Source: Octopus bimaculoides (lineage: Eukaryota). From it: DNA of 36,733 nucleotides. The position numbers and the translations under genes are program-made. This document shows, piece by piece, positions 10,440 through 22,388 of this stretch. Every line of letters begins with the position of its first letter. Within the stretch, counting starts at the first letter, position 1. A model generated the notes under the pieces. It had not been told where the DNA came from, made no database searches, and saw nothing but the letters and a program-made list of their open reading frames with translations. The stretch covers positions 9,194,975 through 9,231,707 of the forward strand of contig NC_069008.1 of NCBI RefSeq assembly GCF_001194135.2, read 5' to 3'.

Positions 10440-12500
10440 TACATTCAGGCATGTCAGTCGTAACATATGTATATGTGTGTGTTTTAATGACGTACATAAC
10501 TCGGAAACACACACACACACACACACACTCACAGACAGATATACATTCATATACAAAATGTGATGTCATTGTCGTCAACAGGACATTATAAAATGTCCTG
10601 TTGACAATAGAAAGATTATCTCTATGAAATTTTATATTGTTTTAATCGAAATGAAAATAAAATTTCGTACTGACACAGGTCAACCCTCATATACATATAG
10701 TAAGATAGAATTTCGTATTGACACTGGCCAGCCCTCACACACATATAGTAAGATAGACACATACATACATTCACGCATGTCAGTTGTCACATATGTATAT
10801 GTACGTGTAGGTGTGTGTGTATATTTAATAACGTACTTAACGTGGAAAGACACACACACTGAAACATATACATACTTATACACTTACACACATACACTCA
10901 GACAGATACACAATCATACACAAAATGTGATGTCGTTGTCGTAGAGGTATAAAATGTCCTTGTTGACAATAGAAAGATTATTTCTATAAAATGTTTTAAT
11001 CGAAAGGAAAATAATGGAAAGGAAAATAAAATTTCGTATTGACTCTGACCAGTCTTCACATACACACCTGTACACTCACAGACAGATAAACAGTCATATA
11101 CAAACTGCAACGTCGTCGTCAGAAATGTATGTGTTTAATAACGTACCATTACATATGTCTGTAACATACCATTACATATATATATATATACGTAAGTGTA
11201 GATGTGTATGCTTAATAACGTACCTAACGTGGAAAGACACACACACATATACATATGTGACATATACACACTCACACACTTACACACATACATTCACAGA
11301 CAGATACACAGTAATATACAAAATCTGATGTCGTCGTGGTATGAAATGGTCCTGTTGATAATAGAAAGATTGCAGCATGGAAGACGTTTGTAAGCCATTC
11401 AAGAACACACAAAAACCGTTAGTTTCACTTCAACGTTTAAATTTCATTTGTGTCAAAATATTTTCGTCGCTTTGAAACCACGACCTGTTCACTTAAAAAA
11501 ACTTCGACATGCATCTGAGAAAGTAACAGTTAGTTCATGATATATGTCTATAAGGCGGAGAGCTGACAGAAACGTTTGCACACCGGGCGAAATGCTTAGC
11601 AGTATTTCGTCTACCTTTACGTTCTGAGTTCAAATTCGGGGTCGATTAAGTACCAGTTGCGTACTGAGGTCGATCCCCAAAAATTTCGGGCCTTGTGCCT
11701 AGAGTAGAAAAGAATATATATGTGTCTATGAATGCATGTATATGTGTAAATGTACATGCATGCATATATACATATACGTATGCATGTATGTATGTATGTA
11801 TGTATGTGAGCGTTTATGTACGTGTGTAGAAGTGTCTGCATGTGTGTATATGTGTATGTACATGTAAATGTATGTTTATGTACTGATACGTGTGTCTGTT
11901 CAAGTTGCATATATAACTGTTACTCTGTCGAAGGTTGTATATATATGTTCCGAGTACACGATCTCAGATCAAGTCACTTGCTATGCAAGTACATCTCCGT
12001 AAACAGAAAGATAATCTCATTGAAATGTTATATTGTTTTAATCGAAAAGAAAATATTTCGTATTGACATTGACTAACCCTCACACACATATAGTATGTTT
12101 AATAACATACCTAATGCAGAAAGACACATTGTGAGACATATACACACACATACATTCACAGACAGATAGACAGTCGTATCCAAAATGTGACATGGTCGTG
12201 GTGGTTAGAATGAAAAGTAAAAGTATAAAATGGAAACATATAGTATATTTAATAACGTGCCTAACGCGGAAAGGAAGACACATACTGTGAGATATATACA
12301 CACTCATACACTTACGTACATACATTCACAGTCATATACAAAATGTGACTTTGTCGTCATGATTAACCAGTCCTCACATACACATAGTGTGTTTAATAAT
12401 GTACCTAACATGGAAAGACACACAAACACTGTGAGACATATACACACTCATACACTCACACATATATTCACGGACAGATACAAAATGTGGCATCATCACC
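10440..12500. repeat. Complex degenerate tandem array with embedded CA microsatellites, possibly Helitron-internal
   Basis: Recurring modules: TTTAATAACGTACCTAACGTGGAAAGACAC (about 7 copies), CAGACAGATA..CAAAATGTGATGTCGT (about 7) and ATAGAAAGATTA..TTTTAATCGAAA..TTTCGTATTGAC (about 4). Confidence 0.8.
11553..11717 (+). mobile_element. tRNA-derived SINE, internally deleted
   Basis: A-box-like GGCGGAGAGCTGACAGAA, B-box GAGTTCAAATTC, body ending CCTTGTGCCTAGAGTAGAAAAGAAT. Confidence 0.8.
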
Positions 12501-12802
12501 ATGATTAGAATTAAAAATAAAACGATAAAAGTGAAACAATATATTACATTACAATATATATGTTATTCTTTCACTTTTATTCTTCAAGTTTTACACGTAG
12601 TATGGAACCAGTGCCAATGTTGCATTGCTTTAATCCAAAAAAATTACATGTTAACAATCATGGGGTCTGATAGTATTACCATGTAAAATTTGATTTGATT
12701 TGGTTGAGCTGTTTGAAAATGCATTGGGAACAGAGAGACAAAGGATTTTATACATATAAATAGATTACAATAGTTTTGCTAAAACTTTGAGATGTTCATA
12801 GA

Positions 12803-12851
<49 letters not shown>

Positions 12852-12914
12852 TGGCTTACTAATAGTTTCCTGCATCTGAGAATGTGACGCGTGGAAAATC
12901 TTTCATGGCATACT

Positions 12915-13193
12915 GTGGATTTGGTTGACGGAAACTGAAAAAAGCCCATTGTATATGTGTGTGTGTGCATGTGTGTGTGTGTGTGTGTGTGTATGTTTGT
13001 GTATCTGTATTTGTCCTCCAATATCGCTTGACAACCAATGCTGGTGTTTTTACATCCCTGTAACTTAACAGTTCAGCAAAAGAGACTGGTAGAATAAGTA
13101 CTGGGCTTACAAAGAATAAGTTCTGGGGTCGATTTCCTTGACTAAAGGTGGTGCTCCAGTCAAATGACTGAAACAAGTAAAAGAATAAAAGAA
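12915..13193 (+). mobile_element. tRNA-derived SINE with internal (TG)n, 5'-truncated
   Basis: Reverse complement of the copies at 19311-19716 and 26746-27048 (GTGGATTTGGT.GACGGAAACTGAAA; AATGACTGAAACAAGTAAAAGAATAAAAG). Confidence 0.85.
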
Positions 13194-13454
13194 CACGACT
13201 GCACGTTGAGAAAAAGTTAGAAATTACAAGAAAATATGAGTTGCAAATATAAAGGGTAAAATGTGGAATGAGAAAAAAAGTAAAAGGAAACATAGCTGCA
13301 AAAAATTTTAAAGTTACATCTCTTGATAATATTCAGGCGCTTCTAATCAGAACCACATGAATTCTGCTTCTGAGTCGCTCAAATTTAAACTCAGTGTTTA
13401 TTAAATGATATCTACTGTTTTAATGGATGGAGTACCTCTTTTTGTGGTTCCTAT

Positions 13455-14856
13455 CAATAACAGAATGTTAGAACGTTTAAATACCTTTATAGTTCCAAAT
13501 ATAGTGTCTGAGTCTCAGTGTGGTCTTCGTTCTTCCAGGGGCACAGCTGATTGTATCTTTACTGTCAGACAATTACAAGAAAAGTTCATTGAACAGAATC
13601 TAGTTCTATACCATTGCTTTGTTGATTTGAGCAAAGTATTCAGTACTGTTAATCGAAATGATCTGAGGCTAATTCTAAGGAAAATAGGTTGCCCAGGAAA
13701 ATTTGTAAACATGATCAGGGCTTTGCATCAAGATATGAAAGCTAGAGTTAATTTTGGTGGTAGGCTCTCTGAATCTTTTGCTGTGGAAAATGGAGTAAAG
13801 CAAGGAGACCTTGATGCACCCACCCTCTTTGCAATATACTTTGCTGTTGTGTTGTCACATGCTTTTCAAAACTCTGAGGAGGGTATTTACATAAAATATC
13901 AAACAACAGTGAATGTTTTCAATCTGACCAGACTGAAATTCAAAACGAAGGTTTTTACTTCACTCATTAGGGAACTTTTGTACNNNNNNNNNNNNNNNNN
14001 NNNNNNNNNNNNNNNNNNNNNNNNNNNNNNNNNNNNNNNNNNNNNNNNNNNNNNNNNNNNNNNNNNNNNNNNNNNNNNNNNNNNNNNNNNNNNNNNNNNN
14101 NNNNNNNNNNNNNNNNNNNNNNNNNNNNNNNNNNNNNNNNNNNNNNNNNNNNNNNNNNNNNNNNNNNNNNNNNNNNNNNNNNNNNNNNNNNNNNNNNNNN
14201 NNNNNNNNNNNNNNNNNNNNNNNNNNNNCCTTGGAAGCTCTGTTCAAAATGATGGAAATCTTGATACAGAAATACATCTGCGAATTCAAAGGGCAGCAAA
14301 AGCATTTGGTGGCTTGGAGTCACGCGTTTGATGCCAGCAACATATAAATAAGAATACAAAGCTGGCTCTTTATAAATTATTTGTCTTACCATCCCTGTTG
14401 TATTCCTGTGGAATTTGGACTTGTTATGAAAGGCATTTTAAACTGTTAGAACAATTCCACCAAAAATGCCTTCTTCACATTTAAAAAATTAAATGGAGTT
14501 CTTTTCCTCCAAATAGATGTCCTTACATCTGCAGGCATCACCTCAATTAGAGCTACGATTTTGAGGAACCACATAATAATTCGAATGGCAGATGAACGCA
14601 TGCTGAAATAGCTGTTTTATGGTGAGCTTGCAGAGGGGAAATGCTATCAGTGTAAACCTAAAAAAAGGTTTAAGGATGGCTACTATGAAGTCACTTGAAA
14701 TGGATCCAAAAGATATAGAAACCCTTGCTTTGGATCAAGCTGGATGGCAACAAAGGTGTGGAGTGGAGTGAAAGCATTTGAAGAGACCAGGATAACATAT
14801 GTAAAACTCAAAAGAGATCTAAGGAAGAATGTAATGATCGAGAAGGTGAATGACAA
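13455..14856 (+). mobile_element. RTE-clade LINE, reverse transcriptase remnant (gap 13984-14228)
   Basis: ESQCGLRSSRGTADCIFTVRQLQEK, FVDLSKVF, GVKQGDLDAPTLF and RELLY(ADD in gap). The C-terminal LYKLFVLPSLLYSC..YGELAEG segment contains stops. Confidence 0.92.
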
Positions 14857-15409
14857 NNNNNNNNNNTATATATATATATATATATACATACATATGTGTA
14901 CGTGTGTTTGTATATACATAAGGAACTACTGTCTACAGTACTTCTCACCTGCTGTAATCACTTGAGAGCAGGATAGACATATATTACAGCCCAGGGCTGA
15001 TAGCCTCTTTGCTCCTGTCCCACTCAAACCACTTCTTTTTAAAATCCCTCCTTCCTTCTCAATATCCTCCCTTCCCATTTTCTTTTCTTCTGATTACTCC
15101 TTTTTGTGCCTTCCTGAAGTACATGTTAGAACTGCCATTACCTTGTCTGTAGCCCTATCTCATATGCTATCATTCTCATCAACCTGTTATATCTGTTGTG
15201 AATCATTGCCCCTTCTCGCTATAGCAACCCTTATGTAATTCTGACATCAATCTCTGTCATTGTACATTTTACTCTCTCCATTTCCACAATTTCTTATCAA
15301 TCTGCACGCTTGTCATACTGATGCTCATATTGAGTCTCATGGAAGTGACGACAAGTGACTGAGAATTCTGGAAATTTTTTGTGCTTGGGAAGACACATCA
15401 AGCTAAGTG

Positions 15410-15605
15410 GTCATGGCCAGTGCTAGTGACACATAAAAGGCACCCATGCCAGTGACATGTAAAAGACACTCAGTATACACTATAGAGCGTTTGGCCCAAG
15501 AAACCAAGCCAAAATAGACAATTGGAGTCTGGTACAGCTCTCTGGCTTACCAGCTCCAGTCAAACAGTCTAACCATGGAAAAATGGACGTTAAGGGATGA
15601 TGACA
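15410..15605 (+). mobile_element. Non-autonomous repeat with RTE-like 3' tail (..CATGGAAAAATGGACGTTAAGGGATGATGA)
   Basis: Homologous copies at 16080-16285 and 32331-32500. Confidence 0.65.
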
Positions 15606-16079
15606 GAGATGACGATCCTCTCCTACTTTCCTGTACTGCCACTTATCACTTCTTTCTTCCTGAGTCACTCCTATTCTTTCACTTTCCCTACTACCACACT
15701 GATATTTACCATTGACCATAACCCAACTTTTGTTCCATTCAGTACATTCATCTCTATACCAACCTCCAGCCATATGTCAGTCTCTTCTAACATTCTAATG
15801 AACTTCTCTAGACACCCTTCCGGGTTCTTTGTCCATATTCTCTCATATACTTATCCTCTAGTACCTTGAGAGTATGCTGCGACACCTCATCGCCATCATC
15901 ATTGTATTCTTTGAAGCTTCTCCCACCCACTCTTTTAATCATACATATATCTTCACAATACCAAGAGACCTGTGCTTATCTCTGACACACTTTAGCCTCT
16001 CAACATCTGGCATAAAATCACCTACCTCTCTACTCCAACTCCTCTCAGTAAAAGTATCTTTAATTTGTCTTGTGAATTA

Positions 16080-16285
16080 CGTGACAGCATCACTAGCACT
16101 AATGACATAAAAAAAAAGCACTTAGTACACTCTGTAAAGTGGTTGGCTTTAGGCAGGGCATCCAGTCATACAAACCACACTAAAACAGATATTGAAGCTC
16201 TACACAGTTCTCTGGCTAGTCCAGTCAAAGTGTCTAACCCACATCAACATGGAAGATGGGCATAAAATGATGACAATGATAATTT
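16080..16285 (+). mobile_element. Second copy of the RTE-tail repeat
   Basis: AGCACTTAGTACACTCTGTAAAGTGGTTGGC..GGCATCCAG..CAGTCAAA..CATGGAAGATGGGCATAAAATGATGA. Confidence 0.65.
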
Positions 16286-16652
16286 ATATATATATATGTT
16301 CTCTAGTCTTAGATTTGATAAACAAGACTAATGAATTAAAACTGAACCAAAATCCGTAACAAAGCTATGACCCAAACAAATTTTTTTTCCTTATTTCTTA
16401 GAAACTTCTAAGCTGAAGTGCCAGCAGCATGGACTTTATTTATTTATTTATTTATGCAGCTGAGGATAGCCCTGCATTTAAATTGATGTAATGATTACAT
16501 TGTTCAATTAAATGGAGCCACTTGAAACACTCGTACTGCATCACTTTTGGATATCCTGTTGCTTATTTTGATTATATANNNNNNNNNNNNNNNNNNNNNN
16601 NNNNNNNNNNNNNNNNNNNNNNNNNNNNNNNNNNNNNNNNNNNNNNNNNNNN

Positions 16653-16697
<45 letters not shown>

Positions 16698-16746
16698 CAT
16701 ACATATATATAATAATTAAGGTGGCTAGACGCAATTCAAAACCAAA

Positions 16747-16972
16747 AAGGAAATAATTCCCCATCACTAAAATGTGATGAAGGGTGCAGGAAGAACTCTT
16801 TAACCACAGAAGCACATTTTCTATTTACTGACAGGGAAGACAACCACCCCATTTGGAGTGGCAGGGTTGTCTCTGTGCTTCTGTGGTAAAGAGTTCTTTG
16901 ACTCTTATTTCTAGCAATGCTAGTGCTCCCTGCATCCTTCATCACATTTTAGTGATGGTGAATTATTTCCTT
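16747..16972. mobile_element. MITE-like palindromic element
   Basis: AAGGAAATAATTCCCCATCACTAAAATGTGATGAAGGGTGCAGG..AAGAACTCTTTAACCACAGAAGCACA is inverted at the right end with few mismatches. Confidence 0.8.
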
Positions 16973-17889
16973 GTATATATATATGTACCCAGTCATATAT
17001 ACTGCACTCACGATTGCAAGATCATTGTTTTAATTCCTAGACCGGGTGATGCATTGTGCTCTTGTACAAACACTTCATCTCACATTCCTTTGTGATCACT
17101 TCAACAACTGATGCAAGGTACATAGTGCAAGGTACATAGTGCACCTGTTCAGGCAATGTTTATTTGATGTAGAGAGTGAGCTAATGTGTGGCACATACAT
17201 TTGATCCCTATAAACAAATCATTTGTGCAGGTCGTTCAGCAAGAGCTGAACACTCATACATCATCTTTGACAGGAGAGTCCATATACAGTCAAAAGGTGA
17301 GATCCAGAGATGCTTAGTATAGAAAACACAGTGGTGTTCAAATGATTTGACCTTAGACTGCAAAGTCTTTATCAAAGATTATGTTTACAGTGTAAAAAGT
17401 GGCTGTAAGAGAAATCCAGGTGACCTGATATGGAGACAGTGATGAAGATGAACACAATTAAGTTTGATATATATAAATATACATGCACGTATGTTCACAA
17501 ATAGATATGTATAGAAATATATAGGCACAAAGACTAAATACCTTCAGAAGATAAACACATATGTACAAGCATTTATAAATACATTTACTTTAACCTGGAG
17601 TATGAAAATAATGAAAACTAAGGGAAGAATGCATAGTTTTTTTTAACTCAACAACTCCCATAAACCGCTGTTGGGTTAAAAACTATTCATTCTCTCATTA
17701 GTTACCTGGTGTTTTTTTGGGTTTTTTGAACTCCCATGTAAAAGTAAATTTATTTATCAATATATATAAAGATCCTTATGCTTATACATATGTGTTTATC
17801 TTGTGGATATATTTAGTTTTTGTATCTATCTATATCCCTATATGTAACCCCATAAATATGTGTGTGTGTGTGTGTGTGTGTATGCATGC

Positions 17890-18330
17890 AAACTTTAGGT
17901 TAGTTAAAATATGTTTGTGACATAATTCAACTTCTACAGGCAAATTCACTGAAGTTACTGTGGAGAAAAAATATCTCTTATGGTAAAAGGTGTAAAAACA
18001 CCGTAACTGTTCAGTGCTGCCTCTTTTCAGATTCTCAGATGCTGTGTTTCCAGCTTTTTAGCCATTATCAATAAGATATACCGAAGAGAGGTAACTCTGC
18101 ACAGACTTAATGCCATAGCTTTAACTAAAGCACAGTCAACAATATTGACTGATTTGTGCTATTAGACTGCCAGATCGGAAGAAATTTGTCAGTATCGGCA
18201 TCAAGCAGTGTTTAGGCATAAGTGAACTTAAGGTTAGATAAAATATGTTTGTGACATATTTCAACTGCTAAAAAGATATTCACTGCAGTTATTTGTGGAG
18301 AAAAAATTCCCACTGCTACCTAGATACTGC
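17890..18330 (+). repeat. Dispersed repeat with an internal direct repeat (~17890-17975 resembles ~18225-18310); inverted homolog at 31160-31515
   Basis: Shared segments such as AAGCAGTGTTTAG.CATAAGTGAACTT and GGTAAAAGGTGTAAAAACACC. Confidence 0.8.
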
Positions 18331-18382
18331 TTGGTGCTGATACCAACAATAATGTATGTATATTTATATCAACTCTGAGTTG

Positions 18383-18427
<45 letters not shown>

Positions 18428-18852
18428 TGTGTGTGTACATATTAATGTACACACACACACATACATATATATAGATATATATATATATAGGATTGTTTTG
18501 TGCAATGTATCCTTCTTTGCTTTTGTTTAACCCTGGATCAATGTTGGTCAAGCGAACCTATGATGAAAGACATTCAAGCCATAACCAATCTGTCAGTTTT
18601 GTATGTCAGAAACTGAACTGTCCACTGATGCAAGATATTTGGCACTAGGTCAGCCCTGATCAAATAGACCTATGATGAAATGCGTTCCAGCCATGCCCAT
18701 CTCTTTTATTTAGTCATAGTCTATCTGGGACTATATCATCCAATGTAACCTTTGAACTTTTTAATTTTGGGTGTATATGAGACTTTAAGGGGATTTATTT
18801 GCTATTTTCCATTTTTTTCAGCAGTTTGAGTGTTGCCTTAGTGGATCCCTCA

Positions 18853-19191
18853 TCAGATGACTGGTTGCTGCTGTTCATGTTGTTGCTGTTGCTGTTGTTG
18901 TTCACAGGGGTGGTCATCATCGGTCAGTTTCAACATCTCCTTTACTGTGTTTAAACTCTTCTTTCGTATTGAACAGTTGAGATACTTGGAAAAGACGCTA
19001 TCAAGAACAGCCATACTTTCGGAGTTTTCTATGGATCCAAAATAATGCAGGAGGAACTCTTCAGCATACTGACACAGGCACATGTGTCCCCTGATGTGGT
19101 ATTCTTGACTGGGCTTCAAGAGTAACCGGTGGAGCAACTGCTGAGAATAAGGTGCACCAAGCATGACAACAAGCTTTTCAGCTAAGGAATT
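18853..19191 (-). CDS. Terminal coding exon of an unidentified host gene with a polyQ tail
   Basis: Strong acceptor TTTCCTTTTCTCTTTTCTTTTCTAG|AAT, phase 0. Open frame NSLAEKLVVMLGAPYSQQLLHRLLLKPSQEYHIRGHMCLCQYAEEFLLHYF..CEQQQQQQQHEQQQPVI*. AATAAA lies downstream on the minus strand at 18794-18799 and 18705-18710. Confidence 0.8.
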   Translation of the reverse strand, partial: NSLAEKLVVMLGAPYSQQLLHRLLLKPSQEYHIRGHMCLCQYAEEFLLHYFGSIENSESMAVLDSVFSKYLNCSIRKKSLNTVKEMLKLTDDDHPCEQQQQQQQHEQQQPVI

Positions 19192-19310
19192 CTAGAAAAG
19201 AAAAGAGAAAAGGAAATAATGTATATGCTTACATAAGTGTGTATGTGTGTGTGTGTGTGTGTGTGTGCGTGCATGCATGTGTGTATATGGGTATCCATAA
19301 GTATATATAC

Positions 19311-19518
19311 TTTTATTCTTTTACTTGTTTCAGTCATTTGACTGCAGCCATGCTGGAGCACTGCCTTAAAGGGTTTTTGCCAAAGAAATAGATCCCAGTA
19401 CTTATTCTATCAATCTCTTTTGCCAAATTGCTAACTTACGGGGATGTAAACACACCGTACCAGTTGTCAAGTGATGGAGGTGGGGACAAACACAGACACA
19501 AAGACACACACAGATATA

Positions 19519-19549
<31 letters not shown>

Positions 19550-19550
19550 G

Positions 19551-19594
<44 letters not shown>

Positions 19595-19716
19595 AGGCAT
19601 TGGTCAGCCCGAGGCTATAGTAGAAGACACCTGCCCAAGGTGCCATACAGTGAGACTGAGCTCCAAACCATGTGGTTAGCAAGCAAGCTTCTTACCACAC
19701 ACCTACACCTGTGCCT
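19311..19716 (-). mobile_element. tRNA-derived SINE with internal microsatellite
   Basis: Minus-strand head AGGCACAGGTGTAGGTGTGTGGTAAG..CACATGGTTTGGAGCTCAGTCTCACTG..CACCTTGGGCAGG; homologous to the 12915 and 26746 copies. Confidence 0.85.
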
Positions 19717-19958
19717 CCACACAGCCACTATATTGACTCATGTATAAGTCATAGTCATAATTTAGTGTTAAATCTTGGTGAAAACTTTTTTCTCATCATA
19801 TTCAAACCTGATATCATCTTTTTTCTGTGTTTTAGTCGTACCCTAGTTGTTCTAGTTAAAATCAAATATAAAATAGTGCACTTTATACATTAGTAAATAC
19901 AGTATACACACACACACACACATCATCGTTATCATCATCTTCCCCTCATCATTATTGG

Positions 19959-20800
19959 TCCAAGACCTCTTAAAAATATGGAGGAGGAAATGCCTCACTA
20001 CTGAAAGGTAACAATTGGGGATTATCTCCCCTTGCTTTCAGCTATTGACTTCTGGCTGTGCCACCATCTTGGCATCCAGCGACGCCAACACCAACAGTCC
20101 CAGCTCCAACAGCAACGATGTTGGTAGCAGCTATAACAACAACACCAGCAGATACAGCACTGACAACACATGCCCATGGAGATACATTGGATGTCCCAGG
20201 AACTCTGTCAAGCAACATCTCTCCAACCACAAGTCTCCGTTCAAAGTTCTGGAAAGGAGATATGTAACATCACTGGCCAGCCACGTCTGGCAACTAAGAG
20301 ATGATGGGATTCCATACTTGATCTCATGGAAAATCTTCAAGAACCTAGTCCCCTACACCAATGGGACAAAGCATTGCAAGTATAGCTGAACAAGCGAGAA
20401 TCCTAAAGGACTCACTCAAACCAGGGAACATCCTTAACTCCAGAACAAAGATTTTAGGGCCATGTTTACATTTCAGGAGGTACCTTCTAGCTTTTTGGAG
20501 CCCACAAGATGGCGGCACTGCCAGAGGTTGATAACCAAAAGCAAGGGGAGATAATCCCTAACTGTTACCTTTGAGTAGTAAGGCATTCCCTCCTCCATAT
20601 GTTTAATAGGTTTTTGGGATTTGATGATACGCCATAAAACTAAACCTTTTATGGGTGGGAAGCCTAAGGTAATCTCATAAACCAGACTTCCCCATTTTAA
20701 AAATATACTGCTCTACATCTTAGAGTGTGCTTCTTCTTTCGGATTTATGTTTTTTACAAAGGATATATATATATATATTTTTATATAAAACAAGCAAGAA
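19959..20800 (+). mobile_element. Penelope-like element, 5'-truncated with an inverted 5' segment
   Basis: GIY-YIG C-terminal half at 20177-20492 (WRYIG..SVKQHLSNHK..LASHVWQLRD..ISWKI..LNSR..CLH). 19959-20072 is the reverse complement of 20502-20618. A decayed HHR lies at 20615-20677. Confidence 0.85.
20615..20677 (+). ncRNA. Decayed type I hammerhead ribozyme (C3>U, A15.1>G)
   Basis: TGGGAT-TTGATGA-stem II (CCATAAAA/TTTTATGG)-GAAG-CC TAA GG-TA^ATCTCA. Stem I TGGGAT/ATCTCA pairs over 6 bp. Confidence 0.6.
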
Positions 20801-20849
20801 TGCTAGTTCTAAAATCTCTCTAAGAGATGAATGCAGTAGTTATACTGAC

Positions 20850-21358
20850 AAGTAATATTTGTAACTACTTTAACATGGCTGTCCATCCAAATGAACTACT
20901 ATGATTTTTGTAACTCCAATGGGACATTTCCTCTAGCTGGTTAAGCCGATAAATTGCGAGCAGGGGAGCAAACCCCAACCACCTTCTAGCAACGGGACCA
21001 GCAGACCAGTAGTTGTACTATCTCTTAGAGAGATTTTAGAATGAGGATTTTTGCTTGTTGCAAAATCAGCGACTTTGTGTTTGCTTGAAATATATATATT
21101 GCAAGCAGAAGTGAGCTACTGCCATTTCTAGCAGATGAGGTGTCTAATACTGAAGAGTGCCAAAAATAGCCCAAAACTAGGACTGGTCTGCTGGTTTCAT
21201 TGCTAGAAGGTGGTAGGGGTTCACTCCCCTGCTCGCAATCTATCAGATGCAGCTCTGCATCGTTAACTAGCTAGAGAAGATGTCCTCTTCAGGTTAAAAA
21301 ATTGTAGTAGAGTCCATTCAAATGGACAGCCATGTTGAAGTGGCTACAAATATTACTT
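20850..21358. mobile_element. MITE-like palindrome (arms about 165 bp) containing a hammerhead relic, probably a PLE inverted pseudo-LTR
   Basis: AAGTAATATTTGTAACTACTTTAACATGGCTGTCCAT.. is inverted at 21358. CTGAAGA (21150-21156)..GCCC-AAAAC (21173-21177)..GTC (21186-21188). The right half is homologous to 23488-23696. Confidence 0.8.
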
Positions 21359-21554
21359 TATATATATATACGTATATATGTATTCATTCATTGCTGGATT
21401 CATTTGAATCAAGGTATTTTAACATTCAGGATGCCAGGAAAAAGTCAAGTTTAGCACATACATATATATACCATGTGCATATACATTCATACATACATGT
21501 ACATATATGAACATATCCATACATTTATATATATATATGTACATGTAGACATGA

Positions 21555-21850
21555 CGGGGCGTGACTTAGTGGTTAGGGTAACTGGCTTATGATCGTAAGT
21601 TCATGAGTTCAATTCCCAGTGGTGCATTGTATCCTTGAGCAAGACACTTTATTTCACAGTGCTCCAGTCTACTTAGCTAGAAAAACATGAGTAGTACCTT
21701 GTTTCAAAAGGCCAGCCTTTTCACATTCTGTTAAGGTTACGCATGTCTGTGGAGTGCTCAACCACTTGCGTGTTAATTTCACAAGCAAGCTGTTCTGCTA
21801 TTCGGATCAACTGGAACACTTGACGTTGTAACTGATGGAATGCTGGTAGT
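21555..21850 (+). mobile_element. tRNA-derived SINE
   Basis: A box GGCGTGACTTAGTGGTTAGG, B box GAGTTCAATTCCC, then CCTTGAGCAAGACACTTTATTTCA, a conserved SINE central-domain-like motif. Confidence 0.8.
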
Positions 21851-22388
21851 AGTACATGCATATATATATACACACATAAGCATATACAGGCAAATATACA
21901 CCCATGCACATATGCATGTAAGTTCATGACACAGTGCAAGTTCCAGATCCAACATTGGAAAGATTCCATGTATGGTATTTGCATAAAATAAGAACACAAA
22001 TGGGTTAAATGTTCACTATAGTTGTTTGAGACACATTTTTTCATTGATGAATAGTTCAGTTACATCATGGAAAAACTGTTTTCATCAGGTGATTAAAAAT
22101 TTTGTTCAGAGAAAAATACCTCGAGATGTGGATTGACTCTCTCAGTGAGGCATCATTGAAGAGAATGAAAACACATTAAGAGTTGGCTAGATTCAACTGG
22201 TTTTAATATCAGAGGTCAATGAGCTATAATACAATCATCAGACATTACCAGAATTAATTTATTTCTTTAAATAGGAGTAGAGAGATAACTAAGATGAATA
22301 GATGGGATGAAAGGATGGAATAAGGGTTAACAGTGTAGTATTGCCCAAGTGGATGTGCTGGCAACAGAATTACTACTACTATCACATA

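Noticed and set aside
2266-12500. CRISPR-like repeat-spacer arrays
   Set aside because: This is eukaryotic DNA, the repeats are contiguous or degenerate tandem units without unique constant-length spacers, and there are no cas genes.
15600-16070. Possible reverse transcriptase relic on the minus strand (KSWVMVNGKY..IGVTQ)
   Set aside because: Only a weak resemblance to the GV.QG region, with no other RT motifs recognisable.
16880-16950. Hammerhead in the 16.7-16.9 kb hairpin (TGATGA..GAAAT AAGA GTC, minus strand)
   Set aside because: No stem I complementarity, and the core is incomplete in either register.
21555-21625. tRNA gene
   Set aside because: A and B boxes are present but there is no full cloverleaf, and the sequence continues into a SINE body.
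21920-22270. Protein-like frames (EHLTHLCSYFMQIPYMESF.. and others) as further host exons
   Set aside because: No convincing donor/acceptor pair, and stops interrupt the alternative frames.
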